Positions 1 through 7,392 of a stretch of 44,309 bases of DNA are shown here, piece by piece. Below the pieces are notes generated by a model that was not told the origin of the DNA, did not search any database, and worked only from the letters and a program-made list of their open reading frames with translations. Source of the stretch: Candidatus Shapirobacteria bacterium GW2011_GWF2_37_20 (GTDB taxonomy: Bacteria; Patescibacteriota; Microgenomatia; UBA12405). Within the stretch, counting starts at the first letter, position 1. Every line of letters begins with the position of its first letter. A program made the translations under genes and the position numbers. Where the stretch lies: positions 1 through 44,309 of the forward strand of contig LBTB01000013.1 of the NCBI GenBank assembly GCA_000989305.1, given 5' to 3'.

Positions 1-167
1 CTTGGGTCAGCAATGAAGTCTTCAACTGATATCGCATTCAAGATAATTTCCGGAAATGGTAAATTTTCCTGGCTAATTTTTTCCAAAAGCATTTGAAAGA
101 ATCTGGCCCCGGCAAATGCCCCCATTCCGTCGATGATTCCAATTTTTTTTAATTCAGTTTGTTTCAT
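1..167 (-). CDS. Aspartate/glutamate racemase family protein, N-terminal part (runs off the left edge)
   Basis: Manual translation from ATG at 167 gives MKQTELKKIGIIDGMGAFAGARFFQMLLEKISQENLPFPEIILNAISVEDFIADP. This resembles the racemase N-terminal motif KxIGIIGGMG. Confidence 0.7.
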   Translation of the reverse strand, partial: MKQTELKKIGIIDGMGAFAGARFFQMLLEKISQENLPFPEIILNAISVEDFIADP

Positions 168-200
168 AAAAATTAATTAAATAATAAATAGGGGATTTTG

Positions 201-272
201 CAGGAACGAAGAGAGTTGAACTCTTATTACTTGTTCTGGAGACGAGCGTTTTACCAATTAAACTACGTTCCT
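201..272 (-). tRNA. tRNA-Trp (anticodon CCA), CCA end not encoded
   Basis: Cloverleaf on the reverse complement: acceptor AGGAACG/CGTTCCT, discriminator G; D-arm GTTT-AATTGGTA-AAAC; anticodon arm CTCGT-CTCCAGA-ACAAG (one C.A mismatch); T-arm AAGAG-TTCAACT-CTCTT. It is followed by CAA. Confidence 0.92.
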
Positions 273-305
273 AAAACAAAAATCTCCCGAAAAACCGGGA
301 GATTT
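273..305 (-). terminator. Intrinsic terminator (putative attenuator) directly upstream of tRNA-Trp
   Basis: Minus strand reads AAATCTCCCGG-TTTT-TCGGGAGATTT then TTGTTTT, ending 1 nt before the tRNA 5' end. Confidence 0.8.
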
Positions 306-326
306 AATATTTTTTGAAAAATAGTT

Positions 327-398
327 TTATGCCATTAAAACGTCTCCCGATTGGGCTAGTGCGTTTCGCCAATAGAAAGAACATTTAATTAATGACAT
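327..398 (-). CDS. Putative attenuator leader peptide MSLIKCSFYWRNALAQSGDVLMA (23 aa, Phe-Tyr-Trp cluster)
   Basis: Open frame from ATG 398 to TAA 327, with TTC-TAT-TGG at 377-369. It starts 6 nt after a -10 box and contains the antiterminator arm (352-343). Confidence 0.65.
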   Translation of the reverse strand: MSLIKCSFYWRNALAQSGDVLMA

Positions 399-404
399 TG
401 ATAT

Positions 405-432
405 ATCTTAACACTAAGCTATTGTGTGTCAA
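405..432 (-). promoter_or_regulatory. sigma70-type promoter for the leader/tRNA-Trp/racemase unit
   Basis: TTGACA (432-427), 16-nt spacer ending in TGT, then TAAGAT (410-405). Predicted +1 is at or near the leader ATG. Confidence 0.7.
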
Positions 433-477
433 GTTAGGCAATATTCTGTCAAAAATCTAAATACGTTATAATCAATT

Positions 478-660
478 ATGTTTGAAAAAAATGCTAATAA
501 ATACGATCCGGTAACAGCTACAATTCCCGGTGTTGATCAGCAACAACGGAGTGATGAGCTCAAGGAATTATCTCTTTCCGGTGATCCACAACCCAAAAAA
601 GAAACACCAAATGAGAAAAAAATAATTTTCCAAAAGCTTGGGATAAAGATAGTTAAGTAG
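478..660 (+). CDS. Hypothetical small protein (60 aa)
   Basis: ORF track. TATAAT (467-472) lies 5 nt before the ATG, as for other genes here. Confidence 0.5.
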   Translation: MFEKNANKYDPVTATIPGVDQQQRSDELKELSLSGDPQPKKETPNEKKIIFQKLGIKIVK

Positions 661-662
661 TA

Positions 663-735
663 TGCTATAATCGACCTTAGTCTTATTAGCTTAAAGCGAA
701 GTCGGTTAACAAAGGCGCTTTACCTAATATTTTTT
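663..735 (+). promoter_or_regulatory. Extended -10 promoter and structured 5' leader of rplY
   Basis: TGcTATAAT at 663-671. Stems TATTAG(684-689)/CTAATA(724-729) and TAAAGCG(692-698)/CGCTTTA(716-722). Confidence 0.5.
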
Positions 736-1425
736 ATGAAAAAAGAAAACCCCAAAATTTCTGCCGCGCTTAGAACCGTCACTGGACGTAAAGTAAAAAA
801 CCTCCGTTTGGCCGGTTTAACTCCCGCTACCATCTACGGTCATAAATTTGAACCAATTTCCATCGAACTATCAACCCCGGAACTTAATAAAATTTTTGAC
901 CAAGCCGGAGAGTCATTATTGGTTGAGATTGTTATTGGTGAAAATAATTATCCAATTATTTTCAAAAACCCTCAATTTCATCCAGTTTCCAGTGATCTAA
1001 TCCATATCGATTGCTACAAGGTTAACCTTAAAGAAAAAATTTCCACCATGGTTCCAATTGAGCTCATTGGTGAAGCTCCTGCTGTTAAAAATGGAAACAC
1101 TCTTATGTTTATCCAAAATGAAATCGAAGTCGAAGCTCTTCCTTCCGATCTTCCTGAAAAAATCGAGGTTGATGTTTCCTTGCTTGCCGAGGTTGATAAT
1201 AAAATTACTGTGGCCGAACTTAATGTTGACAGAAATATAATTGAAATTAAAACTGATCCAGAGCAAGTTGTGGTAATTATCGAAGCGCAGCGAGTCGAAG
1301 AAGAGCCGGTTGTTGTCGAAGAAGAAATTAGTCCAGAAGATGTTCCCGCCACTGCTCAAAAGACTGAGGAAGAAAAAGCCGCTAAGGAAGCTGCTGAGGG
1401 TGAAGAAGAGAAGACTGATAAGTAA
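736..1425 (+). CDS. rplY: 50S ribosomal protein L25 / general stress protein Ctc (long form)
   Basis: R.VTGRKVKNLR..G.TPATIYG, Q.HPV...LIHID.Y, EVEALP.DLPEKIEVDVS.L and an acidic tail. Confidence 0.95.
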   Translation: MKKENPKISAALRTVTGRKVKNLRLAGLTPATIYGHKFEPISIELSTPELNKIFDQAGESLLVEIVIGENNYPIIFKNPQFHPVSSDLIHIDCYKVNLKEKISTMVPIELIGEAPAVKNGNTLMFIQNEIEVEALPSDLPEKIEVDVSLLAEVDNKITVAELNVDRNIIEIKTDPEQVVVIIEAQRVEEEPVVVEEEISPEDVPATAQKTEEEKAAKEAAEGEEEKTDK

Positions 1426-1810
1426 AATAAATTTTACTTATATCTTCTCGTATCGGATCCAACATATAGGCATTTTTTATCGCTTCAAAAGCATCTTCTC
1501 TTTTGCCAAGTCTGTAAAATAAAACTGCTGTTTCCATCCAATCGTCAGCATTTTTCATCTTTTTTGTCTCTAGTGTCAACAGTCTTTTTTCCAGTTCCTC
1601 ACTCTTATTTTTTTTATTATAATTTTCTATATCTGTTATTTCCAGTTTTTTTTCAATTCTTTTAGCCCTTTCCCACTCACCCTTATTGACCAGCAGGTAC
1701 CACTTCTGTAGATTTCTATAATATATTTCTCCCTTTGATATTGGCCATATCTTTCCCAGGTTAATCGCAATTATCCAAATCAAAAGACTTATCAATACAC
1801 TCTCTTTCAT
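1382..1810 (-). CDS. Hypothetical membrane-anchored protein with a C-terminal TPR-like repeat
   Basis: N-terminal hydrophobic segment; WMETAVLFYRLGKREDAFEAIKNAYMLDP fits a TPR pattern; TGcTAAAAT upstream. Overlaps the rplY 3' end by 44 nt. Confidence 0.65.
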   Translation of the reverse strand: MKESVLISLLIWIIAINLGKIWPISKGEIYYRNLQKWYLLVNKGEWERAKRIEKKLEITDIENYNKKNKSEELEKRLLTLETKKMKNADDWMETAVLFYRLGKREDAFEAIKNAYMLDPIREDISKIYFTYQSSLLHPQQLP

Positions 1811-1861
1811 AATCTTCTCATTTTAGCATGCTGATTCTGTAAAAAATGATAAAATACCCCG

Positions 1862-2929
1862 ATGTTTATTCTGGATATTTCCCAAAATTATAATCAAGTT
1901 CTTCGTCAAGCCGCAGATTTAATTTCAGCGGGTTCTTTGGTCATCTTCCCTTCAGATACGGTCTATATTTTAGCCGTTGATCCGACCAATCAAAAAGCGG
2001 TCGACACTCTCTTGTCCTTTAAGGATCGTTGGGTTGGCAAGGCAATCTCCGTTGCTGTTTCTGATGTCGATATGGCCAAAGATTATGTTCAGTTGTCAGC
2101 TGATACAAAAAATCTATATCAAAACCTTTTTCCTGGCCCCTTTACTATTGTTTCCCCGGGTCTTCACCGTCTTGCTACAGGTATTGAGGCTGAAAATGGC
2201 ACCCTTGGCATTCGCATTCCTGATTCAAAATATATTCATGATCTGATCAAACTATTGGGTAAACCAATCACTGCCACTTCAGCCAACCTTTCCGGGCGTA
2301 CTCCAAACTACTCAGTGGCCACTTTTCTTCACCCCTTATCTCTTAAGAAAAAAAATCTCATTTCCTTGATCGTTGACGCTGGCAAATTACCCAGAAACAA
2401 ACCCTCCACCGTAATTGATGCTGTCGGTGGCGAAATAAAAATTCTTCGTCGTGGAGATTTGATTACCTCATCTTCAGAAACCCTTATCTCAAAGTCAGAA
2501 TCTGAAACCGGTAAAATAGCCCAATTTCTCCTTGATAAAGCCAAGAGACTTGGTCAAAATAAGCCACTTATCTTTTCTCTTTCCGGCGATCTTGGTTGCG
2601 GTAAGACAGTATTTTCTCGAAGTGTCGGCAAAAAACTTGGTATCACTCAAAAAATTCTCTCTCCAACTTTTGTAATTTACAACCAATATCCTCTCTCAAG
2701 TTCTGTTTACAAAACTTTTTATCATTTTGACCTATATCGTCTCGATAGGGAATCAGACTTTGAAGAAATTTCTTTTCTGAAACATTTTTTACCCGGTACC
2801 ATTTCCTGCATAGAGTGGCCCGAAAACATGGGAAAGAATTTATTTCAAAAGATCAAAAAAAATTCTCATCTTATTGCCGTTAATTTTACTTATCTTGACC
2901 CCTCTACCCGCCAGATTTCCTTTTCCTAA
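1862..2929 (+). CDS. tsaC-tsaE: Fused TsaC/Sua5 (YrdC) threonylcarbamoyl-AMP synthase + TsaE (YjeE) ATPase
   Basis: N half has FPSDTVY, KDR..K.ISV, PGPFT, GIRIP and TATSANLSG. C half has GDLGCGKT, SPTF, HFDLYRL and IEWPE. Confidence 0.9.
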   Translation: MFILDISQNYNQVLRQAADLISAGSLVIFPSDTVYILAVDPTNQKAVDTLLSFKDRWVGKAISVAVSDVDMAKDYVQLSADTKNLYQNLFPGPFTIVSPGLHRLATGIEAENGTLGIRIPDSKYIHDLIKLLGKPITATSANLSGRTPNYSVATFLHPLSLKKKNLISLIVDAGKLPRNKPSTVIDAVGGEIKILRRGDLITSSSETLISKSESETGKIAQFLLDKAKRLGQNKPLIFSLSGDLGCGKTVFSRSVGKKLGITQKILSPTFVIYNQYPLSSSVYKTFYHFDLYRLDRESDFEEISFLKHFLPGTISCIEWPENMGKNLFQKIKKNSHLIAVNFTYLDPSTRQISFS

Positions 2930-3504
2930 ATAAATTGAAAGTTTTCCAGAAATTTTTCACACTCAATTTTTAGTTCTGTTCTGCCATTATGGACACATTG
3001 AATCGTGTATTTATTGTCATTTTTTTCCACATCAACAATCTTTTGATTTGAAATTTCATAAACATAACTTTTTTCTCCGTCGATCAACAAATTATCAGTA
3101 TAAATCCTTTCCGAAGTAAGCCATGACCATTTTTTTCCGACGTGAACAGTAATATTTCCTAAAGAATTAGAAAAAACAAATCTTTTTCCGCTCTCTTCAT
3201 TTTCTATTAGCAACTTTCTTTTATTTTCATATTTAACTGCAAAACCATCATCAGGATTTTCATAACTTTCTATCAACTTAATTGTTGGAACAATTGTTGC
3301 TACTGTTGTCGCCGTTGTCACCAATTCCTCCTTTTCAATAATTACTGTCGGTGTTTTGGAAACTATTGTTTCCTCAATTACGCTTTCATTTTTGTCCTGT
3401 CCCATCCAAACTATTCCCAATCCAGATATTGTTAATAGCAATATACTGCCTAAAACATATTTTATTGGATTATGTTTGGTAGTTAAGTTGGTCCTTTGTG
3501 TCAT
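2926..3504 (-). CDS. Hypothetical single-TM exported protein with a T/P-rich linker (PsbP-like C-terminal pattern)
   Basis: TM at aa ~17-34, Thr-rich linker, YENPDDGFAVKY, and C-terminal FLENFQFI. Confidence 0.6.
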   Translation of the reverse strand: MTQRTNLTTKHNPIKYVLGSILLLTISGLGIVWMGQDKNESVIEETIVSKTPTVIIEKEELVTTATTVATIVPTIKLIESYENPDDGFAVKYENKRKLLIENEESGKRFVFSNSLGNITVHVGKKWSWLTSERIYTDNLLIDGEKSYVYEISNQKIVDVEKNDNKYTIQCVHNGRTELKIECEKFLENFQFI

Positions 3505-3526
3505 TTAATTTATAATACACCTCTAT

Positions 3527-4549
3527 ATGTTCATTCTTGGCATTGAAACTAGCTGTGACGATACCTGCGCTGCCGTTTTAAAAGACAGTCAAATTTTAAG
3601 TAATGTCATTTCTTCCCAAATCGATTTACATAAAGCTTGGGGTGGAGTAGTTCCCGATATTGCCAAACGAGCTCATCAGGAAAGAATTAATCCGGTTATA
3701 GAAACGGCCTTAAAAAGGGCTAAATTAACCATAAAAGATATTGATTTAATTGCCGTTACCAAAGGCCCCGGTTTAGCCATTGCCCTGGGAGTTGGGGTCA
3801 AAGCCGCCGTCTCTTTGGCTGTCAAATACCACAAAAAAATTGTCGCCGTCAATCATATTGAAGGTCACTTGATGGCTAATTTTTTAACTAATTCTCAAGG
3901 AAAACCTCTTCGCCCCTTTGTTTTTCCCTCTTTAACCTTAACTGTTTCCGGTGGTCACACCAAAATTGTTTTGATAAAAAAAATAGGGGATTATGAAGTT
4001 ATTGGTGAAACTTTAGATGACGCCGCTGGTGAGGCTTTAGACAAATCCGCCAAATTATTGGGTTTGGGTTATCCCGGTGGTCCGGTTATTGAAAGGCTTT
4101 CGCTTAAAGGGGATAGTACCTTTCTTAAATTGCCCACTCCGATTGCTGATAAAAAAATTCTTGATTACTCTTTCTCCGGTTTAAAAACCGCCTTCTATTA
4201 TCAAATAAAAGATTGGCCTAAAGTCAAAATAAATAAACATTTAGCCGATTTAGCCGCTTCTTTCCAGTCAGCAGTTTTTGCCACTTTAATTAGAAAATTT
4301 TCCTTAGCTGTTGAAAAATATCATCCGGCTTGTCTCATGCTTTCTGGCGGTGTTGCCGCCAATCTAACCCTGAGGACGAAAATGCGTCACCTTGCCAAAA
4401 CCTATAAATTACCTCTTTATTTGCCATTCAAAAAAGAACTCAATACTGACAATGCCGCCATGATTGCTTTAGCTGGTTTTTACCAGGCTAAAAGAGGGGA
4501 TTATGCTAATCCTAATATTTTGGACATCGATTCCCGTGCTGAGTTATAA
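3527..4549 (+). CDS. tsaD: tRNA N6-threonylcarbamoyltransferase TsaD
   Basis: ILGIETSCDDT, GGVVPDIA.RAH, GPGL, NHIEGH, VSGGHT, DDAAGEA.DK, FSFSGLKT-like motif and TDNAAMIA. Confidence 0.97.
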   Translation: MFILGIETSCDDTCAAVLKDSQILSNVISSQIDLHKAWGGVVPDIAKRAHQERINPVIETALKRAKLTIKDIDLIAVTKGPGLAIALGVGVKAAVSLAVKYHKKIVAVNHIEGHLMANFLTNSQGKPLRPFVFPSLTLTVSGGHTKIVLIKKIGDYEVIGETLDDAAGEALDKSAKLLGLGYPGGPVIERLSLKGDSTFLKLPTPIADKKILDYSFSGLKTAFYYQIKDWPKVKINKHLADLAASFQSAVFATLIRKFSLAVEKYHPACLMLSGGVAANLTLRTKMRHLAKTYKLPLYLPFKKELNTDNAAMIALAGFYQAKRGDYANPNILDIDSRAEL

Positions 4550-4555
4550 TTACTC

Positions 4556-4798
4556 ATGAGAATTCAACTCTATGATCGTGGTTTACTTCCCGGAAAACAG
4601 TTATTTACCGACCTTCAGGCTCTTTGTCAGCGTCTCCAGGTCGACTATGATCCTGAATATATCAAAGATATGACCCGGGTCTATGCCATGGGTCTTCAGG
4701 GAAATACTATTCTTTTAATTGACGGAGAAGTTGTTCTAATCGACAAATACCCCTCTATTAAAGAACTGGAAAATATCCTTAACGACTATCGGAAATAA
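4556..4798 (+). CDS. Thioredoxin-fold small protein (MTH895/Thioredoxin_3-like) lacking CxxC
   Basis: Follows the family pattern (IQL..., IKD....., LLIDGEVV....YPS.KEL..IL), but LLPG occupies the CxxC position. Confidence 0.55.
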   Translation: MRIQLYDRGLLPGKQLFTDLQALCQRLQVDYDPEYIKDMTRVYAMGLQGNTILLIDGEVVLIDKYPSIKELENILNDYRK

Positions 4799-4800
4799 GC

Positions 4801-5517
4801 TTAAATCCCAAACAATTTCTTTGCGTTAGCATCCAAAATTTCTTCAGTTTTTTCAAAGCTTTCTCCCCAAATATCAGCAATTTTTTGATAAACGTATTTT
4901 ACATATTCTGGTTTATTGACTTGCCCCCTAAATGGTTCCGGTGTCAAAAGAGGGGAGTCAGTCTCCGCCAAAACTCTATCTCTTGGGATTGCTTTTAATA
5001 CTTCTTCCAGCCCTACTTCATAAGTTAAATTACCGTCAAATCCAAAATACCATTCACCTGGTAAAGCGAGCACCTTATTTACTCTTTTTTTACCGCCACT
5101 GTAGCAGTGGATCACCCCTCTTAGCTCTTTATACTCACTCAAAATCTGAATTGTTTCATCCACCGCCTTTCTGGAGTGAACAATTAGTGGTTTATTGTAT
5201 TTTTTTGACAGCTCAATCTGTTTTCTAAAATATTCTTCTTGTTTTTTAGTGTCGACTTCGCCCAAATACTCCAATCCGCACTCTCCTATTGCGATTACCC
5301 TTGGATTTTTAACCAGTTCTTCCAATAAATTTATGTCATCACCAATCTCTTGGGGGTGTATTCCCACCGCCGGACAGAGAAAAGGGTATTTATCGGCTAA
5401 TAATAAATTATTTTTTGACGACTCTATGCTCGCCCCCGACAAAATAACCGCGTCTAAGGGTCCTCCCCCAATAATGTCGCACAATGTTGAATCAATATGA
5501 GCATGGGTGTCTATCAT
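4801..5517 (-). CDS. tatD: TatD family deoxyribonuclease
   Basis: IDTHAH, GIHP, AIGECGLEY, IVHSR, GVIHCYSG and ETDSP.L.P.P.RG..N.P. Confidence 0.95.
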   Translation of the reverse strand: MIDTHAHIDSTLCDIIGGGPLDAVILSGASIESSKNNLLLADKYPFLCPAVGIHPQEIGDDINLLEELVKNPRVIAIGECGLEYLGEVDTKKQEEYFRKQIELSKKYNKPLIVHSRKAVDETIQILSEYKELRGVIHCYSGGKKRVNKVLALPGEWYFGFDGNLTYEVGLEEVLKAIPRDRVLAETDSPLLTPEPFRGQVNKPEYVKYVYQKIADIWGESFEKTEEILDANAKKLFGI

Positions 5518-6941
5518 TTTATTCTAGGAAACAAACCGGTCTCTAAAGGTTTTATTTCACCCTTAAAAACTTCTTCAATTTTTTCACAAGTATCAGGCAT
5601 TATTGGCTTTAAAAATTTTATTGCCACCAACAAGTATTGAATAATTTCTTTTAATATTTTTTTTCTTTCCGGGTCCTCTTTATCTAATTTCCAGGGTGTT
5701 TTTTTATTTAAATCTAAATTTGCAGCATTTAAACTATCCCTGAAAATTATTTCTATAGCCTCATTAAACTTCAATTCATTAATTAATTTTATAAATATTT
5801 CATAGTCAGGATCTTTTTCTATTCCACTGTCAAGATTTTCAAAACTCTCTCCTTCAGCTAACTTTGCAACTCTACTCACCAAATTTCCCAAATTATTGGC
5901 TAAATCTGCGTTGTATCGTTCCTTGAACCTTTCAATTCCCACATCAGAGTCATTATCAGTCGGAAAAGATCTGGCAATCAAATATCTGGTGCCGTCAATG
6001 CCAAACAAGTCGACTAGTTGTTGTGGTGAGATTACATTACCCAGTGACTTTGACATTTTCTGCCCGTCTATCATGTAAAAACTGTGGGTAAATGTTTTTT
6101 TAGGTAAATCGATTTCTGCCGATAAAAGCATTGCCTGCCAGATTACTGTATGGAACCACAAAATTTCTTTACCCAATAAATGTAAATCTGCTGGCCAAAA
6201 TTCTTTTTTACCCTCCACAAACTGGGTGGCGCTGTAGTAATTAATCAAAGCATCAAACCACACGTAAGCCGTTTGAGTTTTATCCCAAGGCAGGGGAATT
6301 CCCCAAGCCACATTTTCCCGGGATAGGGAAATATCATTCACTCCAGCTTTTAATTTTGCTAACACCTCTCCCCTCTTTCCTTCCGGGAAAATGAAATTGG
6401 TTTCAGGGTTCTCTATTAGTTCGATAATCTTGGGAACATATTTTGATAATTTAAAAAACCAATTTTCTTCACTTTTCCAAACAGTTTTTTCCGGTGGATG
6501 TAGCGGACAATGTTTGTCAACCAATTCCGATTCGGTAACGAATTTTTCACAACCAACACAATACCACCCTTCATATTTGGCTTTGTGCACATCTCCCTTA
6601 TCATAAATTTTTTGTAATACCTCTCCTACCACCTTTTCGTGCTTTGGGTCTGTGGTTCGTATAAAAAAATCGTTGCTGATGTTTAAGTTTTTCCATGCCT
6701 CCTCAAAACGGGGGGCTATTTTGTCACAATATTCCCCTGGACTTAAATTTTCTTTTTCCGCAGCCTCAGCCACTTTTTGTCCATGCTCATCAGTTCCGGT
6801 CAAAAAGAACACTTCTTCTCCTAATTGACGGTGTAGTCGGGCAACAATATCCGCCGCCACCGTAGTACAGGTGTGACCAATATGGGGTACATCGTTAATA
6901 TAATAAATCGGTGTGGTGATAAAAAACTTTTTAGAATTCAT
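5514..6941 (-). CDS. metG: Methionine--tRNA ligase (short form, no C-terminal tRNA-binding domain)
   Basis: ITTPIYYIN..PHIGH, FLTGTDEHGQK, YCVGCE..CPLH and KMSKSLGN. Start set at ATG 6941 (MNSKKFFITT), not 6992. Confidence 0.96.
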   Translation of the reverse strand: MNSKKFFITTPIYYINDVPHIGHTCTTVAADIVARLHRQLGEEVFFLTGTDEHGQKVAEAAEKENLSPGEYCDKIAPRFEEAWKNLNISNDFFIRTTDPKHEKVVGEVLQKIYDKGDVHKAKYEGWYCVGCEKFVTESELVDKHCPLHPPEKTVWKSEENWFFKLSKYVPKIIELIENPETNFIFPEGKRGEVLAKLKAGVNDISLSRENVAWGIPLPWDKTQTAYVWFDALINYYSATQFVEGKKEFWPADLHLLGKEILWFHTVIWQAMLLSAEIDLPKKTFTHSFYMIDGQKMSKSLGNVISPQQLVDLFGIDGTRYLIARSFPTDNDSDVGIERFKERYNADLANNLGNLVSRVAKLAEGESFENLDSGIEKDPDYEIFIKLINELKFNEAIEIIFRDSLNAANLDLNKKTPWKLDKEDPERKKILKEIIQYLLVAIKFLKPIMPDTCEKIEEVFKGEIKPLETGLFPRIK

Positions 6942-6947
6942 TTTTTT

Positions 6948-6980
6948 AAAACAAAAAAGAGTATCTTTTGGATACTCTTT
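6948..6980 (-). terminator. Terminator-like hairpin between rpsT and metG
   Basis: Minus strand reads AAAGAGTATC-CAAAA-GATACTCTTT then TTTGTTTT. Confidence 0.65.
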
Positions 6981-7021
6981 ATTTTGCCACATTATTTGGA
7001 TTAATCCAAACTCAGTGGCTT

Positions 7022-7339
7022 TTACATTTTCTTGATAGCTTTTTTCTTGATCAATTTTTTCTTAGCTTTTTTGACAGTTTTTTTGACGACTACTTTTTCA
7101 ACAACTTTTCCGACTCTTTTTGCATATCTGGCTTTAAGTCTGGCCACTTTATTCTTCTGATATAAGTGTTTTTTCTCCGCCTTGTCCAAAATTGCTTGTA
7201 CTTCTGAAAAACCTTTCTTTTCAGGTTTTAACAAGAATTTCTTAATTACCTCTTTAAGTTTATTCTTAAAAGAAGTATTAATTTTTTTGTTTTTAATTGA
7301 CTTACGAAGTGATTTTTTAGATGATCTTCCAATTGGCAT
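7022..7339 (-). CDS. rpsT: 30S ribosomal protein S20 with a Lys-rich C-terminal extension
   Basis: MP..RSSKKSLRKS.K....N, LDKA.KK.....NKVARLKAR. TAGAAT lies 7 nt upstream. Confidence 0.9.
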   Translation of the reverse strand: MPIGRSSKKSLRKSIKNKKINTSFKNKLKEVIKKFLLKPEKKGFSEVQAILDKAEKKHLYQKNKVARLKARYAKRVGKVVEKVVVKKTVKKAKKKLIKKKAIKKM

Positions 7340-7392
7340 AAGTCGTATTCTATCCTATCGCCATTCTATTTACAATAATTTACAATAAGTAA

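Noticed and set aside
201-272. UGA recoding (code 4/25) suggested by tRNA-Trp features
   Set aside because: The anticodon is CCA, and TGA terminates murJ, gatC, gatA and nusA at the expected positions.
180-300. tRNA as a prophage or island integration site
   Set aside because: No integrase and no duplicated tRNA 3' end was seen within the window. It cannot be excluded beyond the left edge.
273-398. T-box riboswitch upstream of tRNA-Trp/racemase
   Set aside because: There is no T-box consensus (AGGGTGGNACCGCG-like) and the leader is too short for stem I. A uORF-based attenuator fits better.
1382-1425. 44-nt convergent overlap of rplY and the TPR gene as antisense regulation
   Set aside because: Other convergent pairs here also abut or overlap (2926-2929, 4798/4801, 16429-16441), so genome compaction explains it.
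997-1522. Several overlapping ORFs within rplY, and similar shadow ORFs in murJ, gatB, dnaK, dnaJ, nusA, infB and pnp
   Set aside because: They are alternative-frame or antisense ORFs over well-conserved genes and carry no recognisable motifs.
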